NCBI GenBank assembly: GCA_002715265.1
Contig: PAYS01000017.1
Span: forward strand, 66,775-130,774
Direction of reading: 5' to 3'
DNA: 64,000 nt
Source: Candidatus Pelagibacterales bacterium
GTDB taxonomy: Bacteria; Pseudomonadota; Alphaproteobacteria; TMED109
Part shown: piece after piece, positions 37,031 through 47,889 of the stretch
Position numbering within the stretch: position 1 is the first letter of the stretch
Layout of the letters: each line of letters begins with the position of its first letter
Translations under genes and position numbers: made by a program
Notes under the pieces: generated by a model
What the model was told of the DNA's origin: nothing
What the model saw: only the letters and a program-made list of their open reading frames with translations
Databases searched by the model: none

Positions 37031-39832
37031 ATGGATTATAAAGATACAGTTTTTCTTCCTAAGTCTTCTTTTGGTATGAGAGGAGGTTTGCCTCTTCGTG
37101 AACCTGAAATGATAAAAAGATGGGAAAAAATAAACTTATGGAAAAAATTAAGAGATCAATCTCTTGATAATGAGAAATTTATATTACATGATGGCCCTCC
37201 TTATGCTAATGGTGCAATTCATATAGGTACATCTCTTAATAAAGTTTTAAAAGATATTATAAATAGAAGTAAACAAATGAGTGGTTATAACTCTCATTAT
37301 ATTCCAGGATGGGATTGTCATGGTTTGCCTATAGAGTGGCAAGTAGAACAAAATTATAAGAAAAAAGGCATTAATAAAGATGATATTCCAATTTCTGAAT
37401 TTAGAATGGCTTGTAGGTCATTTGCAGATAAATGGATAGATGCGCAAATGGATGATTTTAAGAGATTGTTTGTACTTGGAGACTGGAATAATAGATACCT
37501 TACTATGAGTTTTAAAGCTGAGGCTCAGATTGTAAGAGAAATAGGGCAATATATTATAAATGGTGGCTTATATATGGGGGCTAAGCCAGTAATGTGGTCG
37601 CCTGTGGAAAAAACTGCGTTAGCAGAAGCGGAAGTAGAATATAAAGAAATAGAATCTACTGCAATATACGTAGCATTTAAGATTAAAGATACTTCTAATG
37701 AAATTTTAAAAGATACTATAATTCCTATATGGACTACAACTCCTTGGACTATACCTGCAAACAGAGCTATAGCTTATGGAGATGATATAAACTATTTAGC
37801 AATAAAAATAGAACAATGCAGTTGTGAAGAAGGAAATTTTAATAATAAAAAGATTTTAGTTGCAGAAGACAGATTAAGTACTTTTATGGAAGTATTAAAA
37901 ATTAATAAATATAAAGTACTTGATAAAATTTTAGGAAAAAATATAAAAGAAACTATTTGTCATCATCCATTATATCAGTCTGGTTTTGATTTTGATGTTC
38001 CTTTACTTTCTGGAAGTTTTGTTTCTACTGAACAAGGTACAGGTTTTGTGCACATTGCTCCTGGTCATGGAGAAGATGATTTTGAGTTAGGTAAAAAGTA
38101 TAATATCTCAGTGCCTAATACTGTAAAAGATGGTGGCACTTATTCTGAAACTGTTCCTCTATTTTCTGGTGTACATGTATTTAAAGCAACTGATCCAGTA
38201 TGTGAAGCATTAAAAACGTCTAATAGTTTAATAGCTCGGGAAAAATATTTGCATAGTTATCCTCATTCTTGGAGATCAAAAAAGCCTGTAATATTTAGAG
38301 CTACTAAGCAATGGTTTATTTCTATGGAAAAAAACAATTTAAAGAAGTTGGCACTTAAAGCTATAGAGGACACGATGTGGGTGCCTGAAATTTCTAAAAA
38401 TAGAATTAAATCTATGGTGGAAGATAGACCAGATTGGTGTGTTTCTCGACAAAGAGTATGGGGTGTTCCAATTACAGTTTTCATAAATAAAAAGTCTGGA
38501 GATATACTTAGAGATAAAGAAGTCAATGAAAGAATAGCAATATCAGTAGAAAAACTTGGTGCAGATGCATGGTTTTCAGAAAGCCCTCAAAAGTTCTTAG
38601 GTAGTAAATATAAAATTGAGGATTTTGAGCAAGTACAAGATATTCTTGATGTATGGTTTGATTCGGGTTCTACTCATTCTTTTGTTTTAGATGGAAACAA
38701 AGATCAAAAGTGGCCGGCAGATTTGTATTTAGAAGGGACGGATCAACATAGAGGCTGGTTTCATTCTTCTTTATTAGAAGCTTGTGGAACACGTGGAAGA
38801 GCACCTTTTGATGCAGTATTAACTCATGGATTTGTTCTAGATGGTAATGGCCGTAAAATGTCTAAAAGTATTGGTAACGTTATATCCCCACAAGACGTTA
38901 TTAAAAAATATGGTGCTGATATATTAAGATTATGGGTAGCTATGACTGATGTTACAGAAGATGTAAGAATTAGTGACGAAGTTTTAAAAGGTGTAAGTGA
39001 ATCATATAGACGATTAAGAAATACTATACGTTTTGCTATTGGAGCTCTATCTGATTTTGATGTTAATGAAATTGTTGATTATGACGATATGCCAAAAGTG
39101 GAAAAATGGGTATTACATAGACTGAAGGAAATAGATGAATTAAGAAAACAAGCAATTGAAAATTATACTTATCAATCTTTTTATAGTGAGTTACATAATT
39201 TTTGTTCGCAGGATTTATCAGCTTTTTATTTTGATATAAGAAAAGATACACTTTATTGTGATGATAAAAATAATAATGTTAGAAAGTCTTGCAGAACTGT
39301 TTTAAAACAAGTTTTTGATTGTTTGACAGCATGGCTGGCTCCTGTTTTAAGTTATACTGCAGAAGAAGCATGGCTAGCTCATATAGGAGATGATAATGAG
39401 GAAAGTGTTCATTTAAGACATTTCCCTTCATTATCAGAAAATTATATTGATGATAAATTAAAAAATAAATGGGATTTATTGAGAAAGATCAGAGGTGTTG
39501 TAAATGGAGCTCTTGAAATTGCAAGACAGGAAAAAACAATAGGCTCAAGTCTAGATGCAGGTATATCAATATATATTGAAAACCAGGAATATATAAATGC
39601 TATAGATGATATTGATCTAGAAGAGTTATTTATAGTTTCAAGTGTAAAGGTTATAGAAGAAAAAGTTAGTATAGATTGTTATCGAGAAGAAAATCTTGAG
39701 GGTTTTGGAGTGAGGGTTTATAAATCTTCAGGAAAAAAATGTGTAAGATGTTGGAAGATAAGAGAAGACGTTATTAAAATAGACTCTGATATAATATGTA
39801 AAAGATGTGATGGAGTTATAAAAAATATATGA
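37031..39832 (+). CDS. ileS: Isoleucine--tRNA ligase (type 1)
   Basis: HDGPPYANG..HIG, GWDCHGLPIE, WTTTPWT, KMSKS, C-terminal CxxC..CxxC zinc finger. Confidence 0.98.
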   Translation: MDYKDTVFLPKSSFGMRGGLPLREPEMIKRWEKINLWKKLRDQSLDNEKFILHDGPPYANGAIHIGTSLNKVLKDIINRSKQMSGYNSHYIPGWDCHGLPIEWQVEQNYKKKGINKDDIPISEFRMACRSFADKWIDAQMDDFKRLFVLGDWNNRYLTMSFKAEAQIVREIGQYIINGGLYMGAKPVMWSPVEKTALAEAEVEYKEIESTAIYVAFKIKDTSNEILKDTIIPIWTTTPWTIPANRAIAYGDDINYLAIKIEQCSCEEGNFNNKKILVAEDRLSTFMEVLKINKYKVLDKILGKNIKETICHHPLYQSGFDFDVPLLSGSFVSTEQGTGFVHIAPGHGEDDFELGKKYNISVPNTVKDGGTYSETVPLFSGVHVFKATDPVCEALKTSNSLIAREKYLHSYPHSWRSKKPVIFRATKQWFISMEKNNLKKLALKAIEDTMWVPEISKNRIKSMVEDRPDWCVSRQRVWGVPITVFINKKSGDILRDKEVNERIAISVEKLGADAWFSESPQKFLGSKYKIEDFEQVQDILDVWFDSGSTHSFVLDGNKDQKWPADLYLEGTDQHRGWFHSSLLEACGTRGRAPFDAVLTHGFVLDGNGRKMSKSIGNVISPQDVIKKYGADILRLWVAMTDVTEDVRISDEVLKGVSESYRRLRNTIRFAIGALSDFDVNEIVDYDDMPKVEKWVLHRLKEIDELRKQAIENYTYQSFYSELHNFCSQDLSAFYFDIRKDTLYCDDKNNNVRKSCRTVLKQVFDCLTAWLAPVLSYTAEEAWLAHIGDDNEESVHLRHFPSLSENYIDDKLKNKWDLLRKIRGVVNGALEIARQEKTIGSSLDAGISIYIENQEYINAIDDIDLEELFIVSSVKVIEEKVSIDCYREENLEGFGVRVYKSSGKKCVRCWKIREDVIKIDSDIICKRCDGVIKNI

Positions 39833-40287
39833 AAATAAATTTTTATTTTTTTTCTCTAATGATATTGATAGTCTTTCTTGATCAAATTAGTAAGTTTTTA
39901 GTATTAAATATTATGCTTAAATCATTAACAGAAATTAATATACTGCCATTTTTAAATATAACTCTTGTCTTTAATTCAGGAGTTGCATTTGGTTTTTTTC
40001 AAAAATTTGGGCAAAATTTGCCTTATATTCTTTCAATTTTAGGTTTTATGATAGGATTAGGTATAGTAATATGGACAATATATAATAAAAAACACTATAC
40101 AGCTATGGCTTTAATTGCTGGAGGAGCATTTGGAAACGTAATAGATAGATTAAGGTTAGGTGTGGTAATTGATTATATAGATATATTTTGGAATAATTTA
40201 CATTGGCCTGCGTTTAATATAGCTGATATGAGTATATGTGTGGGAGCTTTTGTATATCTGTATTTTGAGTATAAGAATAAGGTTTAG
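39829..40287 (+). CDS. lspA: Lipoprotein signal peptidase II
   Basis: DQISK, NSGVAFG, GGAFGNVIDR, VIDYID, WPAFNIAD. Confidence 0.96.
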   Translation: MKINFYFFSLMILIVFLDQISKFLVLNIMLKSLTEINILPFLNITLVFNSGVAFGFFQKFGQNLPYILSILGFMIGLGIVIWTIYNKKHYTAMALIAGGAFGNVIDRLRLGVVIDYIDIFWNNLHWPAFNIADMSICVGAFVYLYFEYKNKV

Positions 40288-40293
40288 TGTCTG

Positions 40294-41034
40294 ATGCTAT
40301 TGAATATAAAAAATAATTTAAAGTATATTTTAATCATATTTTTATTTTTGCAATTTGGTTGCGGTGATTCTACTAAAAAGAAGATGGGTATAATTAATTC
40401 ACCACCAGATGAATTTCAGGTATATAAGCAAAAAGAGCTTTCGGTTCCTCCTAATTTTGAGTTACGAGCTCCAGGAAGTGAGAATTCTAATAATAATATA
40501 GAAGAGGAAACTTTTTTGTTTACTAATGATGAAAAAGGAGAATTGTCAATTAATGATGAAATTTTATTAATGTCAGTGGGTAAAAATGAAGTAAATTCAG
40601 ATATTAGAGAAATAATAGATGAAGATAATTCTCTGAAAGAATTGGATAAATCTACTTTAGATAAAATATTAGATTTTGAACCAATTTTTGAAGCAGATAA
40701 AAAAGAAAATATAATTAATGCCTCAGAAGAAAAAGAAAGATTAGAAAAAATTAAATCTGAAATAAATGATATAGATGCTGACGTTAAGGAAATTGAAAAT
40801 ACAAATGATAAAGGTGAACAAAAATTCGAACAGACTTCACTACATTCTATTGCTACGGAGAATGATGAAAATAGAAAACCTCTAGCCGATAAAAACAATA
40901 AAGTAGATGAGGAAGATTCTTTTTTAGATAAAATTTTCGATTTTGATTTATTTGGTTCAGACGATGAAGAGCCAGATTCTGAAAACCAAAGAGATAGTAC
41001 CTTTTTTAATAAAGAAAAGAAAAAGAGTGAATAA
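40294..41034 (+). CDS. DUF3035-family lipoprotein with extended acidic C-terminus
   Basis: Lipobox-like FGC, PPDEFQV, LSVPPNFELRAP; usual position after lspA. Confidence 0.8.
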   Translation: MLLNIKNNLKYILIIFLFLQFGCGDSTKKKMGIINSPPDEFQVYKQKELSVPPNFELRAPGSENSNNNIEEETFLFTNDEKGELSINDEILLMSVGKNEVNSDIREIIDEDNSLKELDKSTLDKILDFEPIFEADKKENIINASEEKERLEKIKSEINDIDADVKEIENTNDKGEQKFEQTSLHSIATENDENRKPLADKNNKVDEEDSFLDKIFDFDLFGSDDEEPDSENQRDSTFFNKEKKKSE

Positions 41035-41040
41035 TATCAT

Positions 41041-42288
41041 ATGGGTTCTACAAAAGATTTAATTTTTAAATCATCGGGCTGGAAGGGCGACGATAATTTA
41101 TTAACAAAAGCTAGAAATATAATAATTTCTATGAAGGAAAAAAGAAAGAATAAGGAAATTCCTCTCTTTTCTATATTAGATAATGATACTGATATTAAAA
41201 AAATCATAAATGATTCAAAATTTTTTATTAATAATAAAACTATTATAACTGATTTTGTTTTGATAGGAACAGGAGGCTCAAGTTTAGGAGCAACTACATT
41301 AATTAAATCAAATGTAAATGAAAAAACGAAAATTCAATTTCATGTTCTAGATAGTTTAGATCCACTAACAATAAAAAAAACTTTAGATAAACTTACACCG
41401 CAAACATCTAAATTTTTAGTTATTTCTAAATCTGGTAAAACTACTGAAATTATTGCACTTATGATGATCGTTATAGACTGGCTAAATAATAGTAAAGTAA
41501 AAATATCTGAAAATGTTATGTGCATGTATGATTATGGTATGGCTATGGAAAGTCCTGTTGCAAAAATATCAAGAGAATATGGATTAAATAACACTTCTCA
41601 TCCTAATATTGGAGGCAGGTTTTCTGCACTGACGGCCACTGGATTACTTCCTGCGACCGTAATGGGAATAGATCCTTATTTATTAAGAAATAAATCTCAA
41701 GAAGCTATTAATAGATATTTAAATGTTGATAATCAATTTATTTTGAATTCATCATTATTTTCTAGTAAGGGAATAAATAAAAATAAATTAAATTGTGTGA
41801 TTCATTATGGAGATAATTTGTCACCATTTTTATTTTGGTACAGACAATTATGGAATGAATCTTTAGGTAAAAAAGGTGAAGGAACATTTTTATTAACAGC
41901 GAAGGGTAGTATAGATCAGCATAGTCAGTTACAAATGTGGTTGGATGGTCCTAATAATGGATTATTTACTTTTTTAAATATGAGAAATACTAAAGTTGAT
42001 ACAGATGTACCTTTTAACAAAAAATTATCATCTATTTCTAAAATTTCTTCTTTTGAATTGCTCAATGTAATGAGTAAGTCAACTTATCAGGCATTAGCAG
42101 ACAAAAGTAGACCTGTAAGAAGCATTTCAGTAAATGATTTGTCAGTTGAATCTACAGTTTCTTTAATGATAGTATTTATAATAGAGGTTTTATTAGTTGC
42201 AGAATTACTTAAAATTAATCCATATGACCAAGATGCTGTTGAAGATATAAAAATAAATACATTACGAAATTTAAAAAAATATGAATAA
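41041..42288 (+). CDS. pgi: Glucose-6-phosphate isomerase (short form)
   Basis: GTGGSSLG, ISKSGKTTE, IGGRFS, QLWNESLGK, DQHSQLQ, NPYDQDAVE..K. Confidence 0.88.
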   Translation: MGSTKDLIFKSSGWKGDDNLLTKARNIIISMKEKRKNKEIPLFSILDNDTDIKKIINDSKFFINNKTIITDFVLIGTGGSSLGATTLIKSNVNEKTKIQFHVLDSLDPLTIKKTLDKLTPQTSKFLVISKSGKTTEIIALMMIVIDWLNNSKVKISENVMCMYDYGMAMESPVAKISREYGLNNTSHPNIGGRFSALTATGLLPATVMGIDPYLLRNKSQEAINRYLNVDNQFILNSSLFSSKGINKNKLNCVIHYGDNLSPFLFWYRQLWNESLGKKGEGTFLLTAKGSIDQHSQLQMWLDGPNNGLFTFLNMRNTKVDTDVPFNKKLSSISKISSFELLNVMSKSTYQALADKSRPVRSISVNDLSVESTVSLMIVFIIEVLLVAELLKINPYDQDAVEDIKINTLRNLKKYE

Positions 42289-44032
42289 AATTAGAAGGCT
42301 GCCTAATAATTTAATTAATCAAATTGCTGCAGGCGAAGTAATAGAAAGACCTAGTTCTGCTTTAAAAGAATTATTAGAAAACTCTTTAGATGCTCATGCT
42401 ACTAAAATTGAAATAAATTTAATTGATGGAGGAAAGTCAATTATAGAGGTAATTGATAATGGCAAAGGAATGCAATTAGAAGACTTAAAGTTATGTTTAG
42501 AACGTCATGCCACTTCAAAAATTATTAATCAAGATTTATCTAATATTCAATCTTTAGGTTTTAGAGGAGAAGCTTTACCTTCAATAGGATCGATTGCAGA
42601 TATATCTATCGAGACTAAGGAAGAAAATTCACAAGAGGCTTGGAAAATTTCTATATTTAATAAAGAAAAACAAAAATTAGAGCCATCTAATATTAGAATT
42701 GGAACTAAGGTTGAAATAAGAGATATTTTTTATAAAGTTCCGGCTAGATTAAAATTTTTAAAGTCTAATGGAACTGAAACTAGATATTGTAGGGAAGTTA
42801 TAAAACATCTAGCAATGTCCCATCCAAATGTATCTTTTATATTAACTGTGGATACAAAAAATATTTTTAATTGGCGGGGTAATAAACAGATAAATTTTGA
42901 GTCTACAAAATATAGGCTTTCTCAAGTAATGGGAGATGAATTTTCTAATAGTTCTGTAACTGTAAATAAGGAAAAGATAGGATGCCGTTTATTAGGTATG
43001 GTAGGTATACCTACTTTAAATAGAAATACAGGTAGAGAACAATATCTTTTTGTTAATAATAGACCAGTTAAAGACAGAAGTTTATTAGGTGCGTTAAGGG
43101 TAGCTTATAAAGGGTTGATTGAACATAGTAGATTTTCCGTTGCAGTTTTATTTATTGAGATAAACCCTTTAGATGTTGATGTTAATGTGCATCCTGCAAA
43201 AGCAGAAGTACGTTTCAAGGACGCAGCAAAAATTAGGTCTTTAATAATAAACGGTGTTAGAGAAGCTTTAGATAATGCAGGATTAAAAACTGCACAAGAA
43301 ATTTCAAATAAAATGTTTGATAAAATAGAAACAACTTCTTTGAATTTAAATAATGATAAAGAATTTAATAGTAATCAGTTAAATAATATAAGTTTATTAC
43401 CAGGTGCAAATGTTAAGACTCCAAATATTGTAGAGCTAAATCATAGTAAATCTTTTCCACTTGGAGCTGCTATAGCTCAAGCTCATGAAACTTATATTAT
43501 TGCTGAAACTAATAATGGTATTATTCTTATTGATCAACATGCTGCGCATGAAAGAATAGTTTTAGAAAAAATTAGATCCGGATATTTAAATGATAATATA
43601 GAAAAGCAAATATTATTAATACCAGAAATAGTAAAGTTATCTTCAGATCATTTTTCCGTTATAATTAAACATCTTAAAAGTTTGTTGAAAATTGGGCTTG
43701 TAATAGAAGAATTTGATTTAAATACAGTTATAGTTAGAGAACATCCTGCAATATTAAATAAAGTTAAATTTGAAGAGTTGATTAAAGATATTGCTGAGGA
43801 AATACTAGAATTTGGAAACGAATTTGTTTTGTCGGAAAGATTAGATAATATATGTGGTAATATGGCTTGTCATTCAAGTATTAGGGCAGGTAGAAATTTG
43901 AAAGCTTCTGAAATGAATGCGTTATTAAGAGAAATGGAAAATACACCAAATTCAAGTCAATGTAACCATGGTAGGCCTACATTTATAAAGTTAAGTTTAA
44001 AAGATATTGAAAATTTATTTGGTAGAACTTAA
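42281..44032 (+). CDS. mutL: DNA mismatch repair endonuclease MutL
   Basis: NQIAAGEVIERP, GFRGEAL, DVNVHPAK, DQHAAHERIVLE, ACH, CNHGRP. Confidence 0.97.
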   Translation: MNKIRRLPNNLINQIAAGEVIERPSSALKELLENSLDAHATKIEINLIDGGKSIIEVIDNGKGMQLEDLKLCLERHATSKIINQDLSNIQSLGFRGEALPSIGSIADISIETKEENSQEAWKISIFNKEKQKLEPSNIRIGTKVEIRDIFYKVPARLKFLKSNGTETRYCREVIKHLAMSHPNVSFILTVDTKNIFNWRGNKQINFESTKYRLSQVMGDEFSNSSVTVNKEKIGCRLLGMVGIPTLNRNTGREQYLFVNNRPVKDRSLLGALRVAYKGLIEHSRFSVAVLFIEINPLDVDVNVHPAKAEVRFKDAAKIRSLIINGVREALDNAGLKTAQEISNKMFDKIETTSLNLNNDKEFNSNQLNNISLLPGANVKTPNIVELNHSKSFPLGAAIAQAHETYIIAETNNGIILIDQHAAHERIVLEKIRSGYLNDNIEKQILLIPEIVKLSSDHFSVIIKHLKSLLKIGLVIEEFDLNTVIVREHPAILNKVKFEELIKDIAEEILEFGNEFVLSERLDNICGNMACHSSIRAGRNLKASEMNALLREMENTPNSSQCNHGRPTFIKLSLKDIENLFGRT

Positions 44033-44586
44033 AGTTTTTTAAAAAATATAATTTCTGTTATTCCTTGTTTTCTCGAATCTAATAATTCAAATCTTTTTGC
44101 AAGTTGTATATTATTGGAACTATTTTTTTCTAAAATATAAATTGCTTCCTCATCAATACAACCACTGCTCACCCAATTATCTATAACCTTTATTAAATTA
44201 TTTATTTTATATGGAGGGTCTATAAAACATAAATTTATATTAGAAATGCTTTTTAAAGGTTTTACAGCATTATTTTTTACAACTTTACAATTTTCTTCTT
44301 CTTTAAGTTTTCTTATATTTTTATTAATTGTATTAATAGCCTCATTATTATTATCTATAAACACACAGCTATTGCATCCTCTAGATATACATTCAAGTCC
44401 AAATGCACCACTGCCTGCAAATAAGTCTAGTACATTAATATTTTCTATATTTAATTTTATGTTATTAGAATGTTTGAGCATACTAAAAATAGTTTCTTTT
44501 AATCGCGCAGAAGTTGGGCGAGTATTTAAGTTTTTTGGAGTATAGATTGATTTGTTTTTATGTTTTCCTGCAATAATTTTAATCAA
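44029..44586 (-). CDS. rsmD: 16S rRNA m2G966 methyltransferase
   Basis: IIAGK, RPTS, LDLFAGSGAFGLECISRG, DPPY. Confidence 0.93.
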   Translation of the reverse strand: MIKIIAGKHKNKSIYTPKNLNTRPTSARLKETIFSMLKHSNNIKLNIENINVLDLFAGSGAFGLECISRGCNSCVFIDNNNEAINTINKNIRKLKEEENCKVVKNNAVKPLKSISNINLCFIDPPYKINNLIKVIDNWVSSGCIDEEAIYILEKNSSNNIQLAKRFELLDSRKQGITEIIFFKKL

Positions 44587-45316
44587 AATTAACCCTTTTT
44601 AAAATATTAGGTTTAATACTTATTTCTTTAATTTCTTCTCTATTTAAATTTTCTAAATTATAAGGACCAAAACTCGTTCTAATTAAATCATTAACTTTTA
44701 AGCCAAAATATTTACAAATATTTCGGATCTCTCTATTTTTACCTTCTCTCATCTTAATTTCTAACCAGCTATTTTTATCATTTTTTTCTATTATCTTTAA
44801 ATCAATTTTGCCATAAGATATTCCATCTATAACTATTCCTCTTTTTAATTTTTCTTTATCAATATTTTTAATATTTCCATGTACTTTTACTTTATAAGAT
44901 CTTTGAATATTATTTTTGGGTAATTCAAAATATCTTTTTAGTTGGCCGTTATTTGTTAATAATAATAATCCTTCAGAATTATAATCTAGTCTTCCTATAT
45001 ACATTAGCCTGCCATAGTTTTTGGAAATTATATCATATATAGTTTTTCTATTTTGTGGATCTTTTTCACTTACTATACAACCTTTAGGTTTGTTAAATAC
45101 ATACAATTTAGAATTCGGAATATTATTTATAATTTGGCCATCAACTAAAATTTTATCATTATTATTTACTAGCATAGCTAAAGAAGTAACAATTTTATTA
45201 TTTATCATTACTTTTTCAGATAGAACATATTTTTCTGCTTCTCTTCGTGAACATAAGCCAGAAGCAGCTATTCGTTTTGCAATACGCATAGAACTAGTTT
45301 TATTAATAGTATTCAT
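44579..45316 (-). CDS. rluB: rRNA pseudouridine synthase (RsuA/RluB family)
   Basis: S4 domain (SGLCSRREAE), NKPKG, GRLDYNSEGLLLLTN, EGKNREIR. Confidence 0.88.
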   Translation of the reverse strand: MNTINKTSSMRIAKRIAASGLCSRREAEKYVLSEKVMINNKIVTSLAMLVNNNDKILVDGQIINNIPNSKLYVFNKPKGCIVSEKDPQNRKTIYDIISKNYGRLMYIGRLDYNSEGLLLLTNNGQLKRYFELPKNNIQRSYKVKVHGNIKNIDKEKLKRGIVIDGISYGKIDLKIIEKNDKNSWLEIKMREGKNREIRNICKYFGLKVNDLIRTSFGPYNLENLNREEIKEISIKPNILKRVNFD

Positions 45317-46024
45317 TTAACAAGATTGTATAAAATATTTTATTAATTTTTTATCACCATTATTTATAAAAAATTCTGGATGCCATTGTACACCAATACA
45401 AAAATTTTTCTTTGGATCTTCTATTCCTTCTATTACGCCATCACTAGATATTGCATTTATAATTAATCCCTTTCCTGCTTTTTTGATTGATTGGTGATGT
45501 GCACTATTCACTTTTAGTTTTTTTGAAGATACGATGGAATATAATTTAGTATTTTTATATATCTCTACTTCATGGCCTGCTTCATTTCTTGGGTTTTTTT
45601 GCTCATGTTCTAGAGGAAAAGATATTTCATCAGGTATATGCTGAATTAGAGTTCCTTTATATAAAACATTAATTAATTGTTCTCCTCCACAAATACCTAG
45701 AACAGGTTTATTTTTTTTTAGCATAGATTTTGTTATGGCAAGTTCATAATTGGTCCTATTTCTTTTTAAGTTAACACTTTTATGTATTTTAGAGACTCCA
45801 AATATATTTGGATCAATATCAAAGTTCCCACCTGTTATTATTAAACCATCAAGTTTGTCAATTAATGACTTAATATTATTATTATCATGAGGTATTCCTA
45901 TACCTATTCCACCCATGTATGATATAGAATTAAAATAGTTTTCTCTGATAGCATACCAGGGAAATTTAGAGTAAGTTTTCTCTATTTCATAATCGAGGGT
46001 GAGACCTATTAATGGTTTTTTCAT
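45317..46024 (-). CDS. Gamma-glutamyl-gamma-aminobutyrate hydrolase family (peptidase C26, PuuD-like)
   Basis: DGLIITGG, PVLGICGG.Q, VNSAHHQ, GVQWHPE class-I glutamine amidotransferase triad. Confidence 0.9.
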   Translation of the reverse strand: MKKPLIGLTLDYEIEKTYSKFPWYAIRENYFNSISYMGGIGIGIPHDNNNIKSLIDKLDGLIITGGNFDIDPNIFGVSKIHKSVNLKRNRTNYELAITKSMLKKNKPVLGICGGEQLINVLYKGTLIQHIPDEISFPLEHEQKNPRNEAGHEVEIYKNTKLYSIVSSKKLKVNSAHHQSIKKAGKGLIINAISSDGVIEGIEDPKKNFCIGVQWHPEFFINNGDKKLIKYFIQSC

Positions 46025-46079
46025 TTTATCTTACAATTATTTAATTTAATATTATATAAGATATATTCTATTTTGGAGA

Positions 46080-46556
46080 ATGATGGAAAATAATAATCAA
46101 AAATTCTTTATGGACATTGCTATAGAAGAAGCTAAAATAGCAGGCTTAAATGGAGAAGTTCCGATTGGAGCTGTTACTGTAATGAATAATGAAGTGATAG
46201 CAAAATCTGGAAATAAAATGCAAAATTTAAATAATCCTTTGATGCATGCTGAAATAATAGTTTTAAATGAAACATCTGAGTTTTTAATTAATAAAGGTAT
46301 TTCAATAAGACATGCTAAAGTAGATTTATTCACTACATTGGAACCATGCACGATGTGCGCATATGCGATATCGCTATGTCGAATTAGAAATTTATATTAT
46401 GCAGCTGACGATCCTAAGGGGGGTGGAGTAAATTTTGGTAGCAAGGTATTCGAACAAGGTACTTGCCATCATAAACCTAATATTCATAGAGGGTTAAATA
46501 GAAAAATTTCTGAAAATTTATTAAAAGAATTTTTTAAAGTTTTAAGAAAAAAATAA
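46080..46556 (+). CDS. tadA: tRNA adenosine(34) deaminase
   Basis: EVPIGAV, HAE, TLEPCTMC, DPKGG, LKEFF. Confidence 0.88.
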   Translation: MMENNNQKFFMDIAIEEAKIAGLNGEVPIGAVTVMNNEVIAKSGNKMQNLNNPLMHAEIIVLNETSEFLINKGISIRHAKVDLFTTLEPCTMCAYAISLCRIRNLYYAADDPKGGGVNFGSKVFEQGTCHHKPNIHRGLNRKISENLLKEFFKVLRKK

Positions 46557-46565
46557 TTGATTTTA

Positions 46566-47822
46566 TTATTTTCCAATATCTTTTCTATAAAATCCTTCCT
46601 GCCACTCTATATTTTTAATAGCTTCATATATTATTTTCCGGGCAGCTTTAATATCTTTTGCTTTTGCAGTAATAGATAGGACTCTGCCTCCATTTGAAAC
46701 AATATCACCTGATTTATTTATAGTAGTTCCAGCATGAAAAACTTTCACGTTAGGTATTTTATTTACTTTATCTATACCTTTAATTATAGTATTTTTTTTA
46801 TATTTTCCTGGGTAACCTTCAGAAGCCATAACTACTGTCATAGAAGCATCATCATAAAATCTTAAATTAAAATTTTCTAAAGTATGGTCAGTTGCTGCAA
46901 TGATAGCTTCAAATAAGTTTGATTTAATTCTTGTCATTATTACCTGGCATTCAGGATCACCAAATCTAACATTATATTCGATAAGTTTTGGCCCGTCATT
47001 AGTTAACATTAAACCTGCATATAATATACCTTGGAACGGTGTATTTCTTTTATTCATCTCATAAAGAGTAGGATAAATAATATCAGACATAATAGTTTTA
47101 TTCATTTCTTCATTGAGGTGTGGAGTTGGAGAAAATGCACCCATTCCTCCTGTATTAGGCCCAGTATCTCCATCTCCTACTCTTTTGTGGTCTTGCGCGT
47201 TCGTAAGTGGAATAGCGGTTAACCCATCACATAATGCAAAAAAGCTTGCCTCAATACCATTAAGGTGTTCTTCAATTAATATTCTATCACCAGCTTCACC
47301 AAATTTTCCTGAAAATGAGTCTTTCACCGCCTCGGAAGCTTCTTCTATGGTGTTAGCTATAACCACTCCTTTTCCTGCTGCTAATCCATCTGCTTTTATA
47401 ACAATGGGTAAGGATATATTATTTATATAATTTAATGCCTCTTGCTGATTTGAAAATAGTTTATAATTTGCTGTAGGGATATTACCAGCTTTACATACTT
47501 CCTTAGTAAAATTTTTAGACCCTTCTAATTTTGCAGCTGCTTTACTGGGGCCAAAAGTTTTTATATTATTTTGGTTTAGTAAGTCTACTATTCCATTAAC
47601 TAGTGGTATTTCAGGACCTGGAATTACTATATCTACATTTTCGTTTTTGGATAGTTCCAGAATTTCTTCATTATTGTTTATATTGATAGGTATACATTCT
47701 GCTTCTTCACTGATACCTGGATTACCTGGAGCACAGAGGATTTTTGTTACAAGTGGAGAATTAGATAATGCCCAACAAAGTGCATGTTCTCTTGCTCCAT
47801 TTCCTAAAACTAATACTTTCAT
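46566..47822 (-). CDS. purD: Phosphoribosylamine--glycine ligase
   Basis: GNGAREHAL, KADGLAAGKGV, QDHKR, GPNTGGMG, EYNVRFGDPE. Confidence 0.98.
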   Translation of the reverse strand: MKVLVLGNGAREHALCWALSNSPLVTKILCAPGNPGISEEAECIPININNNEEILELSKNENVDIVIPGPEIPLVNGIVDLLNQNNIKTFGPSKAAAKLEGSKNFTKEVCKAGNIPTANYKLFSNQQEALNYINNISLPIVIKADGLAAGKGVVIANTIEEASEAVKDSFSGKFGEAGDRILIEEHLNGIEASFFALCDGLTAIPLTNAQDHKRVGDGDTGPNTGGMGAFSPTPHLNEEMNKTIMSDIIYPTLYEMNKRNTPFQGILYAGLMLTNDGPKLIEYNVRFGDPECQVIMTRIKSNLFEAIIAATDHTLENFNLRFYDDASMTVVMASEGYPGKYKKNTIIKGIDKVNKIPNVKVFHAGTTINKSGDIVSNGGRVLSITAKAKDIKAARKIIYEAIKNIEWQEGFYRKDIGK

Positions 47823-47889
47823 ATTATATCCCTATATATTTAGACAACTAAATTATATTATTTATAATAAATTAAATAAATATATAAAT

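Noticed and set aside
47647..47889. 81-aa N-terminal extension of xseA overlapping purD on the opposite strand
   Set aside because: Artefact of longest-ORF calling; XseA similarity begins near EYTVTELS. The same applies to the extensions on lysA, sufS, sufD, speE and ispE.
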